Shown: positions 38,922 through 48,192 of the stretch, piece after piece | How positions within the stretch are numbered: the first letter of the stretch is position 1 | Layout: each line of letters begins with the position of its first letter | Origin: Promethearchaeota archaeon | GTDB taxonomy: Archaea > Asgardarchaeota > Lokiarchaeia > Sigyniarchaeales > SOKP01 | Reading direction: 5' to 3' | Assembly: GCA_019057795.1 (NCBI GenBank) | Contig: JAHLWS010000043.1 | Location: forward strand, 13,746-77,745 | Length of the DNA stretch: 64,000 bases | Translations under genes and position numbers: made by a program | The notes under the pieces: generated by a model | The model's input: only the letters and a program-made list of their open reading frames with translations | The model's database searches: none | What the model was told of the DNA's origin: nothing

Positions 38922-39332
38922 GTGTATCTAATGGGTTTTGAGGAAGATAATAACGAGGAATTTGATGAAGAATTTGACGAAGATCTAGATGAAAACCTTG
39001 AGGAAGAATTAGATGAGCCTTCTACAAAGTCCCCCACGGAAGATTTTACAGTTAAAACTCCAGATGATAAAATCTCACATGAAGGAAAAAAGATTTCAGT
39101 GTATTTTCTATCAACCATAGGACCTGGTGAGAAAAAACAAAAATTACTTGTCTATACTGGAAATTTAGTAAGAGATATAAAAGAGACTGTAGCAAATTTG
39201 TTTGCTTTAGATCCTGCTGACTTTCATCTCTCATCCGGGGGAGTTACCATGGATGAGGGTAATCAATTAAGTGATTATAATTTGTCTGATGGAGACGATA
39301 TATTACTAATTCCAGCTAGCGTTGCTGGTTGA
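38922..39332 (+). CDS. Ubiquitin-like modifier 1 (acidic N-tail, C-terminus ...ASVAG)
   Basis: Beta-grasp pattern VYFLSTIGPGEKKQKL...IKETVA...LSSGG.TMD...LSDYNLSDGDDILLIP. Confidence 0.88.
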   Translation: MYLMGFEEDNNEEFDEEFDEDLDENLEEELDEPSTKSPTEDFTVKTPDDKISHEGKKISVYFLSTIGPGEKKQKLLVYTGNLVRDIKETVANLFALDPADFHLSSGGVTMDEGNQLSDYNLSDGDDILLIPASVAG

Positions 39333-39347
39333 ATAAGTTGGAAGGAT
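39186..39347 (+). repeat. Direct repeat copy 1 (3' half of ubiquitin 1 and flank); copy 2 at 46606-46767
   Basis: 128/147 coding nt identical by hand alignment; offset 7420 bp. Confidence 0.9.
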
Positions 39348-39559
39348 CCAAAAGTTAATATTATTTTCTCCTTCTCTTTTCTCTTGAAGGAATCAAATCG
39401 GTGAGAGTTATTATGGTTTTTAGCATAGCAATTGTATGTTTTTTATTTGAATTAAAAAGTAAAAATCTTTGTTTTAATTTAGAAATCGGTCAGCATCAAA
39501 ACATTTAAATACTTGACGAATCTTGTTCTTCTTAGCTCGTTTACTAGAAGAATACTTTC

Positions 39560-40396
39560 ATGATTGAATTTAAAGTTAACGATTACGTCTCGCTTCGATT
39601 GGAAGATGAGAAGACCGTTATTTATGTAGCTGGCAAAAGGTTTAGGCAGTGTATAAATTTATTGCTATATATCCCCGTTGATGAAATACGCGAATTTGAC
39701 CAAATAGAGTCTATTGACGAAGCCGCGGAAAGACTCGATAAATCGACGGAAGACGAGGTTTCACCAATAATAATTCCGGCTAAAGTTGAATTCTGGGGGC
39801 ACTGCAGCAATTTACAGGTTTGGTTCGAAAAAAACTACGATACAAGAATTCTTCGTTCCAACATAGCTTTTCCGTTATTAAGAAAATTAAGCGAATCGGG
39901 CGATATGGTTGCTCTAAGAGTATTCAAAGAAGAAATCGCAAAGAGATTTTCTCAAGGGCACGATACCGTTTGCAATTTTCTAATTGAAGAAGGATACATG
40001 GACTTACTTAACAGAGAAGAGGTTCTTAGCTTAAATATCGAACAAATAGAAGTTATACACGAATTAGAAGACTTGTTAGGAACAAGAATTAAGTTTAAGA
40101 CGGGAAAACATTTATTCGAACAAGGGTTCGTGCTTGATAAAGGAATTATCAAAGGGTTAGTGTTAGACAGCTGCGATCTTGAAGAACTTCCCAAACCAGT
40201 AAGAAAACTAAAATCGTTAGAAGTACTTAAACTGCACGGTAATCGTTTAGAAACGCTTCCAGAATGGATCGGCGAACTTCGGAAATTAAAGTCTTTATAT
40301 GTGCAAAACAATCGGTTGATTAGACTTCCAAACTCGCTCGGGAAGTTGAGTTCTCTTGAAAGTATAAAACTTTTTTTTTTTTTTTTATTGGCATGA
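39560..40396 (+). CDS. Loki-type LRR protein, apparently truncated at a T16 run
   Basis: EFWGHCSNLQVW...AFPLLRKL...FKEEIAKRF domain followed by LxxLxLxxNxLxxLP repeats that break off into FFFFLLA. Confidence 0.75.
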   Translation: MIEFKVNDYVSLRLEDEKTVIYVAGKRFRQCINLLLYIPVDEIREFDQIESIDEAAERLDKSTEDEVSPIIIPAKVEFWGHCSNLQVWFEKNYDTRILRSNIAFPLLRKLSESGDMVALRVFKEEIAKRFSQGHDTVCNFLIEEGYMDLLNREEVLSLNIEQIEVIHELEDLLGTRIKFKTGKHLFEQGFVLDKGIIKGLVLDSCDLEELPKPVRKLKSLEVLKLHGNRLETLPEWIGELRKLKSLYVQNNRLIRLPNSLGKLSSLESIKLFFFFLLA

Positions 40397-40513
40397 ATAA
40401 TAAACCTGAAATTAATTTTACAACGCCTTCTCAAGGTAATATATCAATTTATAAACAACTACATTATTTTTGAGATGAGGTTTATGATAATCCTACAGAT
40501 TTATAGAGAAAAT

Positions 40514-41242
40514 TTAAGGAAATTGAAGGGTATTTAAAAACGATTTTGGAACTGTTCTGGCAATAGTTACTAGTTTAAATTTTATGAAATTAGATTTTGA
40601 AAGTAGTTCGATAATTCGACCTAAAGTATAACCTTGATGGAAGACATCATCAAATATTAACAAAGAACTGCCTTTTTCTATTTGCTCTAATAAGTCTACT
40701 GATTCCTCAAGTAAAAAGTACTTGTTATTCACATAATCTTTTCTATCTTTGTAAAAAGTTGTACTTGTTTTTTTTTCGAATAACTGATTATAAGGGATCC
40801 AAGTTAGGTTTATATTCTGAGATATTTCAGAAAATAAATTTATCATTTGTAAATTAGTTGTGGGAACCATTGTTGCATAAATTATATCCTCAATTTGCCA
40901 GTCCGAATTTGAAATTTTTTCGTTAAGAATTAGCTTTAGAATTTCATGGGAGTGTTTAAAGGGTTGCAAGCTGATTTTCCTTAATATATCTCCAAACCAA
41001 TTTAAAGGATTTCCCTCATAATCTGTCTCATAAAAATGACCAGTTATGAAAGAAATTTTGCTTTCAAGTGACTCTATACCTGAATGACATTCTTTTGGTT
41101 TATCTGAAACATTAGGGTAAAAACAAACTGGACATATTGATTTGTATTTATTTTTTAGAGCAAACTCTTCATTTGTGTCAGTATTTTTAATTATGATATC
41201 CCATGGGTCAAATCCTTTTAAATAACGAAAAGGCATATTCAT
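40514..41242 (-). CDS. Phosphoribosyltransferase-fold (ComF-like) protein
   Basis: LLIFDDVFHQGYTL PRPP-loop variant; terminal VTIART; N-terminal CPVC. Confidence 0.75.
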   Translation of the reverse strand: MNMPFRYLKGFDPWDIIIKNTDTNEEFALKNKYKSICPVCFYPNVSDKPKECHSGIESLESKISFITGHFYETDYEGNPLNWFGDILRKISLQPFKHSHEILKLILNEKISNSDWQIEDIIYATMVPTTNLQMINLFSEISQNINLTWIPYNQLFEKKTSTTFYKDRKDYVNNKYFLLEESVDLLEQIEKGSSLLIFDDVFHQGYTLGRIIELLSKSNFIKFKLVTIARTVPKSFLNTLQFP

Positions 41243-41961
41243 TATAAGATAGCTTGTGATAATAATTGTAGAAATTTAAGAATTATATTAGGTTTATGTT
41301 TTCCATATATTAAAATCGAACCGTTTTTATCAATTCTAATTGTAATCCATTTATTTTCTTGATATAACCCCTTAATTTTAATAGTTATCGCTTTTACTTG
41401 TTCTGATTGTTTAATAAGTTCAGTAATAATACCAAGTTCGTTAACATCATTTGCATGTATATTTAATTCGTTTATTTTATCCGCTTCTATATAAGTCCTT
41501 TTAAGAATGAGTCTATGGATTTTTAAGGTAAGACCACTATTTTTTATTGATAGTAATTTTTTCCAAACTTGCCATAACTGTTTTTCGTTAAAGATAATTG
41601 ATTTAGAATCAGCTATATCACGTAAATAGACCTGTAATAAATGTTCAATCTTTTTCTCGGCTTTTCCAACTAGCAATAATTGATTATATTTTAAAATCAA
41701 TTTTTCATGATTAATCCACAGAGTCTGTTTATCTTGGAACTTTTTATACTCTTCTACTTTCATTTTAATCACAGATTTTTGCTGTATTGGTTCGAAAGAA
41801 AGATTCCTATAAGATTTTTTAGCACTTTCTACAAATAACTTTAGGGTTTGAGGATCATCTTTATTCACTTTTACCTTACTCAAGACATCTTCATCTTCAA
41901 GATTATTTAGAGCATATTTTTCATTAATTTCTAATAATTGAAATGATGGTATTTTAATCAC
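41242..41961 (-). CDS. Hypothetical protein
   Basis: 239 aa; 1-nt stop/start overlap with the PRTase gene. Confidence 0.7.
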   Translation of the reverse strand: MIKIPSFQLLEINEKYALNNLEDEDVLSKVKVNKDDPQTLKLFVESAKKSYRNLSFEPIQQKSVIKMKVEEYKKFQDKQTLWINHEKLILKYNQLLLVGKAEKKIEHLLQVYLRDIADSKSIIFNEKQLWQVWKKLLSIKNSGLTLKIHRLILKRTYIEADKINELNIHANDVNELGIITELIKQSEQVKAITIKIKGLYQENKWITIRIDKNGSILIYGKHKPNIILKFLQLLSQAIL

Positions 41962-41973
41962 ACTCTTAAATTT

Positions 41974-43656
41974 TTATATTATTATATTATTTATATCAGT
42001 TAAAAATGCATTATCTAACCTAATACGAGCAACCGGATTTGTTGTATATGGGGGATAACCTTGACCTCCATGATTGTATTGAAAATTGAAAATTGTATTG
42101 CGAACATTTTGAATTGAACGGTCTGGATGGTTCATTGCATCTTGGTTTCCTATAATAATTAATTTTTTCTTTGCTCTGGATAAGCCCACATACATCAGAT
42201 TGAATTGTGTAAAAAAATCAGATTTAGTTCGTGGTCGAGCAAAGGTTAATGAATATATAACTGCTTCTGCTTCTTGTCCTTGATATTGGTGTACTGTCCC
42301 AGTTCTGACATTATGATTCATAAAAATCTCAACTTGAGGTCTATAAGGGGCCGTTAATATTATATCCTCATTTGATAATACTTGATAAGCATGTCTCAAT
42401 GCATAATAAACCCCGAGCGCAATCTCAGCTTCACGCTCATTTATCCTTGATCTCCCGACTGTTCGATCTAATGCTTGAGGAATATCAGAAGTATCTAAAA
42501 TCACAAGAGGATGGTCAGGCTTCAATATTTCATCTAAAACATTCAATGTTTGTTGATTAAGATTCGGAATATTATTTAAATCATAATTAGTTCTTGGTAG
42601 TACGTAATCATTTGAGGTTGTTGGAGCATCAGGAATGACGGTTCGAGGTATGGGGAGAATTCTTTCAGTTATCTGTGCTATTGCGGGATGCATTCGATAT
42701 TGTCGATGTAATTCAATTCTTCTATCTATTGGAATAGGAATATTTTGATAAGTATTCATTCCCTGTAAATATGATAGCGCGCTGACACCTAATGGAGCTA
42801 ATGTAGATACAGGAGGTAATTGCTTATCATCACCGATCATACAGATGGATTGAATTGTATGCGTGGGTATAACTTGGTAAAATTGAGGAACAGTCAATTG
42901 ACTAGCTTCATCGTATATAACACCTCGTACTCTGACATTCGATCTGGGATCATTTGTTAATATTGAAAGTGAGTCAGTAGTACCAACAAAAATTAGGACC
43001 TCTCCCAATATTGCATTCCAATCTCTTTGTTGTATAAAGGTGTTACTTGGCATTCTATTATTAATAATAAAGTCATCAGGATTTAAATTTAGTCTTTGGT
43101 GTAAAACCTGAAAAGAATAAGAATCTTGAGCATACTGGGATTGTACTAATTTTATCCTCTCAAAATAATCTGGTGTATTTGCAAGTGATGCTATTTCATG
43201 GAATTTTTCATAAATTCTGTACGCTCCAGCATTCGAAAAAGTAGCAATGAAGACTCGTTCTGGTTGACCCCTATCTCTCCTAGCTCTTAAGAGATTTCCT
43301 GGTGTAAATACTCGAAGTGCACTTCCGGAACATATAACATGTGTCTTTCCCGTACCAGGTGGGCCTATTACTAATGTTGAAGCAACCACCTTTCGACTAA
43401 TATGAAAATTATTTCCAGGATCAGTAAATGTATGGATTTGTTCTGGAGGAACGTTACTTATACGGGCGGGTAATTGAGTTGATCTTTTATTTTGTGGAAC
43501 ATTTTCAATGGGATCTCTTATAGCTCGTACTGCTCTTCTCTGTTCAGAATTGAACGGAATAGTAGGTCTTATAAACTGGACTAGCCCTGTTTGAGCATTA
43601 AGACTCTGCTCTAAAAAGTTATACAAAACCTCTTCCCAATTATTTATTTGAGCCAT
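41974..43656 (-). CDS. SF1 helicase, DNA2/NAM7(Upf1)-like
   Basis: GPPGTGKT, ATFSNAG, YDEASQ, GDDKQLPP, QYRMHP, TVHQYQGQE, YVGLSRAK. Confidence 0.92.
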   Translation of the reverse strand: MAQINNWEEVLYNFLEQSLNAQTGLVQFIRPTIPFNSEQRRAVRAIRDPIENVPQNKRSTQLPARISNVPPEQIHTFTDPGNNFHISRKVVASTLVIGPPGTGKTHVICSGSALRVFTPGNLLRARRDRGQPERVFIATFSNAGAYRIYEKFHEIASLANTPDYFERIKLVQSQYAQDSYSFQVLHQRLNLNPDDFIINNRMPSNTFIQQRDWNAILGEVLIFVGTTDSLSILTNDPRSNVRVRGVIYDEASQLTVPQFYQVIPTHTIQSICMIGDDKQLPPVSTLAPLGVSALSYLQGMNTYQNIPIPIDRRIELHRQYRMHPAIAQITERILPIPRTVIPDAPTTSNDYVLPRTNYDLNNIPNLNQQTLNVLDEILKPDHPLVILDTSDIPQALDRTVGRSRINEREAEIALGVYYALRHAYQVLSNEDIILTAPYRPQVEIFMNHNVRTGTVHQYQGQEAEAVIYSLTFARPRTKSDFFTQFNLMYVGLSRAKKKLIIIGNQDAMNHPDRSIQNVRNTIFNFQYNHGGQGYPPYTTNPVARIRLDNAFLTDINNIII

Positions 43657-43676
43657 AATTTTTCTGACCTAATATA

Positions 43677-45425
43677 TTATACATATCTTGCAAATCTACC
43701 AAATGTGGCAACTCCAACTCTTTTATATCGCTCATCTAATCTACGTTCTAGGATATCGTCTGGGCTTAATGGATTTCCAGACCGCTCAGAAAATTGGATC
43801 GCTCTAATTAATTGCTTCTTTTGTCTCTTTATGTTAAAAATATCTTCGGTAATTGATAGTTTTCCGATGATACAATTAATATTATTCCCTCCGCCTACAC
43901 TTGCCAAGTTATAAGGATTGTTTTGAATCCATGGGTTCATAGGAACTATAGGATTTATAATATAATCATTATTAACTAACCTTCTCTCGAATGATATCTT
44001 ACAGTCACTTTCATAACATAAAGGGGACATCAAACAGACATCATATTTTCTATCTGAAACTTCAGGTAAAGTCCAGTGATTTGGCATTGAAGGGTGAAAT
44101 ATCCATTGCTGTGTATTATCTTGATATATCTCTCCAATCCAAAAACTTGAGAATTGATTTAGATCAAATAGTTGTAATGGAAAAAGTCTTGTAATTTTAA
44201 ACAGTGTTTCGTGTTTAAATACAGCTTCATCTCTTAGATACCTTAAGAATTTGTAAACATTTGATTCCACTCGGTCTCTGGGAAATTGTTGATTGCTAAT
44301 TCGTCTATCTTTCATCCCACACCCTTGTGTCCCACCTATTGGACAAAAGTAATCTCCTGGTATGTTTTGACCAATTTGGAAAGGACAAGGATTGAAACCT
44401 TGAAATGAATTCACTATCCCTGGATAATTTGAATATAAAAAATTTAAAATGATTGCAGCTTGTCCAGTTTCATTTTTAAAATTCTGTGTGGGATTCATTC
44501 TAATTGAATGATCAATAGTGTCTACGATAATATCAAACTCTCTAAAATTAAAATTATTAAGATCATAATATGAACTGAAAATAACATTATCCATTGCATC
44601 ATAGAGTTCGAGAGGAAGTTTTTGATTCTCCACTAATTGTGCTAAACTTTCTCTCAATATCCACATTTTATGAAATTCTTTAATGATAAAAAATAATCTA
44701 ATTCCCTCTGGTGTGTTTATATTATCTCTTAGATCTATGGGAGGATCGAAAAAATTATCTGCAATTGGAACTGGTACACGAATCTCACGATTTTTCAAGT
44801 GAATTATGGGAATAATTCCCTTGATAGCTATAAGTCCCCTCCAGTAAAAACTATTTGCGGGTCGTTGCGAGCCAATTCCGATATTTGCTCGTCTTAATTG
44901 GGTGAGTGTAACCCTTGTATTGTCTGACCTGTAGATATTAAAATCTTCATTTAATACATTCAAATTGAATAAGACATCACGTGACGAATGATATCTATCT
45001 AAAATATTCTCATTATTTAAGCGTTCTAAATACTGGCTAATATAATTCATAGTTCTTATATCAGAGTCTTCAGGATCTGAGTTTCCTCTAATGGAATCGA
45101 GAAGTTGTCCTGGGTCTCTGATATTCCTCATTATCGAGTCGGGATAGGTGCTTCGTGCTAATGCCCGCATCAAAACTACCGCAAACTCCCGAAATCTAGA
45201 CTCAAAATTGAAATATTGCGGAAATTCTTCGTTTGGGTCATTTGGGTTTACCAATAATCCACCCCACCTCGGAAAACTACCTCTTATCAATTCAAGAAAT
45301 CGCCATCGATAACAAGGATTGCAAAATTCATCAACATCCGCAAAAGGGAAATATTTAAGATTAAAAGGTGTCCAAACTCCATCTAATATCGTTCTCTTTG
45401 ATGCTCTCTTGAAACTTCTACTCAA
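43677..45425 (-). CDS. Hypothetical protein, possible Dna2/Cas4-like Fe-S nuclease
   Basis: 582 aa; N-terminal DVDEFCNPC and a later three-Cys group (PCPF...FCP...GCG); directly upstream of the helicase. Confidence 0.6.
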   Translation of the reverse strand: MSRSFKRASKRTILDGVWTPFNLKYFPFADVDEFCNPCYRWRFLELIRGSFPRWGGLLVNPNDPNEEFPQYFNFESRFREFAVVLMRALARSTYPDSIMRNIRDPGQLLDSIRGNSDPEDSDIRTMNYISQYLERLNNENILDRYHSSRDVLFNLNVLNEDFNIYRSDNTRVTLTQLRRANIGIGSQRPANSFYWRGLIAIKGIIPIIHLKNREIRVPVPIADNFFDPPIDLRDNINTPEGIRLFFIIKEFHKMWILRESLAQLVENQKLPLELYDAMDNVIFSSYYDLNNFNFREFDIIVDTIDHSIRMNPTQNFKNETGQAAIILNFLYSNYPGIVNSFQGFNPCPFQIGQNIPGDYFCPIGGTQGCGMKDRRISNQQFPRDRVESNVYKFLRYLRDEAVFKHETLFKITRLFPLQLFDLNQFSSFWIGEIYQDNTQQWIFHPSMPNHWTLPEVSDRKYDVCLMSPLCYESDCKISFERRLVNNDYIINPIVPMNPWIQNNPYNLASVGGGNNINCIIGKLSITEDIFNIKRQKKQLIRAIQFSERSGNPLSPDDILERRLDERYKRVGVATFGRFARYV

Positions 45426-46270
45426 TCTAAATCACCCCATGGTATTATTTTAATATTCAAATCTACCATCCTTACATATACTAATTCGTTTATAATGTCT
45501 GCAATTTCATCTAATTCCTCATCCATAGTTTTATCACACTTATTGTCTGACTTTAGTTTCAGATATTGTGCTAAAATAACTCTTTTAAATATTGGTAAAT
45601 CGTCATACTTGTAAATTATTTTTTCTTTTCTTATTTCAAGTAAAGATATAATCCACTTGAATAATAAATGTAGAGAAAGGACAATATCAATCTCTTCATC
45701 ACTCAATTTGGAAAAAAAAGACTTAAAATCTTCTTCATACATATCCAATTGATATCTAGCATAATTAATTAGTGTTGCATCATCGGTATCGTCATTCTCT
45801 TCATCAAATAGATTATCATAAAGCAATTTTTCTAAACTTGAAGGAATGCAGATATCATTTGATGCAATAAAAGATATAAACCCATGGTATTTCCGATCTT
45901 TTCTCCATTTTTCCATTAATGTCTTATCTGTGGATATGAGTTCATATAAATGTTTACAAATGGTATTAGGGCTAAAGGGAATGATTCTAAATACTTTTTT
46001 TGATGTTTTGCTGATATTTTCAGTCTCATTTGGTTTATCTTTTTTTTCAGATAGAATTTTTATACAGACGGGAAAATCCTCATCGGGGTATGTTTCTTTC
46101 AAGTTCATTAAAATAGCCCATAATTTAGATGCTAAGAGCTCTTGTTTTATTTTTGAATAATTAATATTGAGATTGAAATGAGGACAATTGCTATTAAATG
46201 ACCCTATAAGTTTTTCAAGTTCTTTTTTAGGTGTATTTAAAAGAACTTTCCTTAATTCCATTTTGTCCAT
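45422..46270 (-). CDS. Hypothetical protein
   Basis: 282 aa; 4-nt overlap with the next gene. Confidence 0.7.
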   Translation of the reverse strand: MDKMELRKVLLNTPKKELEKLIGSFNSNCPHFNLNINYSKIKQELLASKLWAILMNLKETYPDEDFPVCIKILSEKKDKPNETENISKTSKKVFRIIPFSPNTICKHLYELISTDKTLMEKWRKDRKYHGFISFIASNDICIPSSLEKLLYDNLFDEENDDTDDATLINYARYQLDMYEEDFKSFFSKLSDEEIDIVLSLHLLFKWIISLLEIRKEKIIYKYDDLPIFKRVILAQYLKLKSDNKCDKTMDEELDEIADIINELVYVRMVDLNIKIIPWGDLD

Positions 46271-46605
46271 ATTTCCCTAGAAGAGATAGAATACTTTTAT
46301 ATAAAAACATTATTAATACATATTTAATATTTTAAAAAAATCAGAGATGAGACTGATTTTCTAATTTTATTTATAAACGTAAGAAGAAATAAGAAACTTA
46401 TTCTACTTTATTTTTATTTTTTATTTTATTGTATTATAGCATCGTTTTTGCTCGTTTTTAGATTATAAAAGATTTTTTATAAAAGTATCTACTAGTAAAT
46501 TAAAATTTTTTCCAAAGCATTTTATGTACTATTGCTTTTGATTTTCACACATCTCTTGCATTTTCTTCTCTCTAAAAAACTCTAAGGATTAAAAATGGAG
46601 ATTTT

Positions 46606-46752
46606 ACTGTAGCAAATTTGTTTGCTTTAGATCCTGCAGATTTTCATTTATCTTCGGGGGGAGTCACTATGGATGAAACTTCGATGTTAAGTGATTATAA
46701 TTTGTCTGATGGAGATGATATCTTACTAATTCCAGCTAGCGTTGCTGGTTGA
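46606..46752 (+). pseudogene. Ubiquitin 3'-half fragment (repeat copy 2)
   Basis: TVANLFALDPADFHLSSGGVTMDETSMLSDYNLSDGDDILLIPASVAG*; lacks the first two beta-strands; in-frame TAA at 46573-46575. Confidence 0.85.
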
Positions 46753-46876
46753 ATAGGTTGGAAAGATATAGACAATTTAATAATATTATTATCTTTTTTC
46801 ACTTCTATTTTTTTTTTTTCTTGATGGAATTAGCGCACTAGTAATTACGCGTCTTAATTTAAAATAGAAATGTATT

Positions 46877-47257
46877 CTAATTGAGTTTTTTAAGAGCTTC
46901 AATCTCCTTCATATAGGATTTCTCAAGAATCTCGTAACATTCAAGACAGTACCACACTTTGTCTCTCAGGCTGAAAATATGATCTCCTTCGATATCTCGG
47001 CAAGTTGCGCAAACGACTATTGAAGCAGAAAAGTTCTTTCGAAGATTGCTTGCTTGATCGATAACTGGCCTAACTGCAAGCAAATAATTGTCATAACTTA
47101 AAACAAGAGCTGCCCTTTTGGCTTGTAGCCTTGCTCGCTCCTCGTGAAATTCATTTAATCTTTTTTGGTAATCTTTTAAAAGAACGCGCCGAAATTCTAA
47201 GCGTATCTTCCGCAACTTTGGATTTTTTAATTTTATTAGTCTTTCTCTTTCTCTCAA
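46877..47257 (-). CDS. Hypothetical protein with CxxC...CxxC
   Basis: CATC...WYCLEC. Confidence 0.6.
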   Translation of the reverse strand: MRERERLIKLKNPKLRKIRLEFRRVLLKDYQKRLNEFHEERARLQAKRAALVLSYDNYLLAVRPVIDQASNLRKNFSASIVVCATCRDIEGDHIFSLRDKVWYCLECYEILEKSYMKEIEALKKLN

Positions 47258-47350
47258 ACCGGGCGCCTGCTTTTTATTGCTTATTTAACAAAACATGTTA
47301 CACAAAAAACAATAATAATATTTAAACTAATAGTCTCTGGAATTTATAGC

Positions 47351-47833
47351 TTAAATGTATCTGATTATCTTTACGAAACTTCTGGGCAACACTCCAGGTA
47401 ACATCGAATCAAAGACCTTGAAGTCTTCCGTGCTTCCTAATACGCCTATCACTTTTGATAGCTGAATCTTTTTTACCAAGTTAAGCTGTTTGGTAAAAAC
47501 CGAGTTGAAATCTGTATTTAAAAACCCTGAATATCCATTGTCTTGAATTTCTACCCCCCGATCGTTCCATACTTTAAGAGAGGCCTCTAAATCGTTATCA
47601 TTTAATTCTAATATTTTCTCATAGACTCCTCGCCATTCGGCACCAAAATTATGTTTCAGAGCGGTGATTAAATCTTGCTCGGTTATTTGTCTAATCTTAC
47701 CACTCGCGTCTCGCAATCTATCTAGCTCCACTATAGTTCCTAAAAGTGCTTCTATGTAAGCTTCGGCTACACGAGGGCCCAATTCCTTAAAAAGAGGTTC
47801 AAAATCTTTCTTATGATAGCTTTTCGAGGTCAT
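47351..47833 (-). CDS. Hypothetical protein (start probably ATG 47833)
   Basis: Protein-like composition from MTSKSYHKK; the upstream part of the track ORF is antisense to another ORF. Confidence 0.5.
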   Translation of the reverse strand: MTSKSYHKKDFEPLFKELGPRVAEAYIEALLGTIVELDRLRDASGKIRQITEQDLITALKHNFGAEWRGVYEKILELNDNDLEASLKVWNDRGVEIQDNGYSGFLNTDFNSVFTKQLNLVKKIQLSKVIGVLGSTEDFKVFDSMLPGVLPRSFVKIIRYI

Positions 47834-47848
47834 AGCAAAATCGCCAAA

Positions 47849-47998
47849 GTGGAGATTTACAACGGTAAAAAAGAAAAAATAAGAGAAAACGAATCTTGTT
47901 TCTATTGTGGAAGCACAAATACAGAAACTTTCAAACATTGCAACGGTTTGATGTTTGAGATTCATTGCAACAGTTGTGGAGAAAATTCCATTTATTAA
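47849..47998 (+). CDS. Small zinc-ribbon protein
   Basis: CFYCGS...HCNSCG. Confidence 0.4.
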   Translation: MEIYNGKKEKIRENESCFYCGSTNTETFKHCNGLMFEIHCNSCGENSIY

Positions 47999-48192
47999 AC
48001 ACGGAGATAATTTACTATCGTAATGCTTCAAGAATTCTGGTATTAGTTTTGCTTTATATACTTGTTTGCGTTCTTAATTCCTACCAAAATCAAAAAATTT
48101 ACATGATGGAAAATGATAGAATTCAATTTAATTCATTATTGAATTGCTTAACTAAGTATTATTAATACCTACAAGTACTGCGAGCTAATAAT

